A DNA stretch of 64,000 nucleotides, taken from contig NC_043021.1 of the NCBI RefSeq assembly GCF_006345805.1, forward strand, positions 18,290,001-18,354,000, written 5' to 3'. The stretch is from Octopus sinensis (taxonomy: Eukaryota). The notes under the pieces were generated by a model. The model worked only from the letters and a program-made list of their open reading frames with translations, did not search any database and had not been told where the DNA came from. Below, one piece after another: positions 1-64,000 of the stretch (position 1 is its first letter; every line of letters starts with the position of its first letter). The translations under genes and the position numbers were made by a program.

Positions 1-32
1 TCTCTATCCCTCTTTCACACACACACACCTCA

Positions 33-330
33 AAAGAGCTGTTCTTCACTCCTGCTCCAGAGCGTCGGCTGCGGGGTCATTCCGAAAAGCTCTACCTGCG
101 ACGATTTCATCTCAATCGAAGGAGAGGAGCTTTCTCCGTCCGGGTTGCGGATCCGTGGAACAAGCTGCCAGACGAGATGGTGAAGATGCCGACGACCGCT
201 TTGTTCAAAGCCTCCCTTGACCTCAAGTGGCCTGAACTCTTTACATGAACACCACCCTGTACTTAACTCCATGTCCCCCTACATGGCCTTGCTTTTTGCT
301 TTTGAGCCAAATTAACTAACTAACTAACAC
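33..330 (+). mobile_element. CR1-group LINE 3' end
   Basis: Frame from 33: RLRGHSEKLYLRRFHLNRRRGAFSVRVADPWNKLPDEMVKMPTTALFKASLD*, followed by a (CTAA)n tail. Confidence 0.85.
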
Positions 331-383
331 ACACACTAGAGTGTGTGTATGTTGTATTTGTCTCTTTCTGTTCTCTGTTCCAC

Positions 384-650
384 TATTACTCTCTCTCTCC
401 CTCCCTCTCTCTCTCTCCTTACTCTGTCATTATCGATTACTCCCTCCCTCTTATTACCAGTATCAGTCACTCTCTCTTTATCTCTCTCCCTCTTATCACC
501 CTGCCAGTGTCGGTCACTCTCTCTTTATTACTCTCTCTCTCTCTCTCCCTCTCTCCTTACTCTGTCATTATCGATTACTCCCTCCCTCTTATTACCAGTG
601 TCGGTCACTCTCTCTTTATTTCTCTCTCTCTCTCTCTCTCTCTTCTATAT
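384..650 (+). repeat. (CT)n-rich tandem duplication upstream of the exon 1 acceptor
   Basis: TACTCTGTCATTATCGATTACTCCCTCCCTCTTATTACCAGT occurs twice (~420 and ~558). Confidence 0.85.
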
Positions 651-655
651 CCCAG

Positions 656-63102
<62,447 letters not shown>

Positions 63103-63529
63103 GTAGGTTATTATAGTTGTTGCTGTTGTTGTTTATAGTAATACATCATCTTCGTCATCGTCGGCATTGTCATCATCATCATCAATAATTTACTGGAACT
63201 TCTATTTTTCTGGTCATATTTCATGCCAAATATGCTGTCAGCGTGTTTCAGTTATATTTGAAATCAATCAATTTGTTTCCCTCGTTAAGACAGTGTTTCG
63301 AACATAATTTAGGAAAAGGTTCTTGCATAAAATTATGATGGAAGGTTTTTAATCTGAACAAGAATCTTTTAAAATGGGTAGTTCTCTATGTTGATGCCAC
63401 GGGTGGTCTCAGACAAGTAACCATTTTTGGTTCCATTCTAGAGATGTCAATAATTCTTTCATTTATGCATATTTTTTTCTGGCAAAGGCCACCACCTCCA
63501 AATACTTTTAAAAAATCTCATATATATTT

Positions 63530-64000
63530 TCTCCTCCTTTGTACGGCTACACCTCGAATACTGCTGCCCACTGTGGTCTCCCCATACAAGACAAAACATC
63601 TAGAGAATTGAATCACCCCAGAGGGCACTCACTAAACGAATTGAAGGCATGACTGCTCTCGATTATTGGGACTGCCTTAAAGCCTTGAAACTCTACTCTC
63701 TCCAGCGCTTCCGCGAGCGGTACATCATTTGTACGATGTGGAGAATATATACTGCCAACTTTGCCCAAATGACGTGAACATTAGTTTCAAGGTTCATCCA
63801 AGGCTGAGACCACAGACCATACGTCTCCTGCCCATTTCAGGATCACAGCATATAGGTACACTGCAACATAATTTCTTTTCCTCAACAGGCTCTGTCCTGT
63901 TTAACATTGTCCCGAAAGAAATCAAAGGGGAAAAGAATCCCATCACTTTTGAAAGGAATCTGGGAAAATTTCTTCTAGGAATACCAGATAAGCCACCTGT
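63530..64000 (+). mobile_element. CR1-group LINE ORF2 C-terminal relic
   Basis: VRLHLEYCCPLWSPH...IES.QRALTKRIEGM..LDYWD.LKALKLYSLQR.RERYII, with stops. Confidence 0.85.

Overview
Eukaryotic intron-rich DNA, inferred to be Octopus or another coleoid cephalopod from the repeat families and lophotrochozoan-type protein (not proven). The window lies inside one + strand gene. I traced 26 consecutive GT-AG coding exons (656..63102; 3186 nt, about 1061 codons) whose phases join into one open frame. The product is BLTP2/KIAA0100 (hobbit/Fmp27-family bridge-like lipid transfer protein); start and stop lie outside the window. Introns hold at least 5 tRNA-derived SINE families, CR1-, RTE/BovB- and RLE-type LINE ends, a Tc1 relic, hAT and piggyBac MITEs, six non-autonomous Helitrons, a Gypsy-type solo LTR, foldbacks and microsatellites. 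Most provided ORFs are repeat artefacts. The most notable observation is in the largest intron (30783..40919): a (TA)n-embedded tandem of two ~857-bp units. Each unit carries three hammerhead-ribozyme(-like) motifs in both polarities plus a 152-bp foldback, i.e. a retrozyme or Penelope-like, viroid-like architecture. A separate Penelope-type hairpin with a variant hammerhead lies 2 kb upstream. All ribozyme calls are by-eye folds, not computed or tested. No CRISPR, rRNA or genuine tRNA gene was found.
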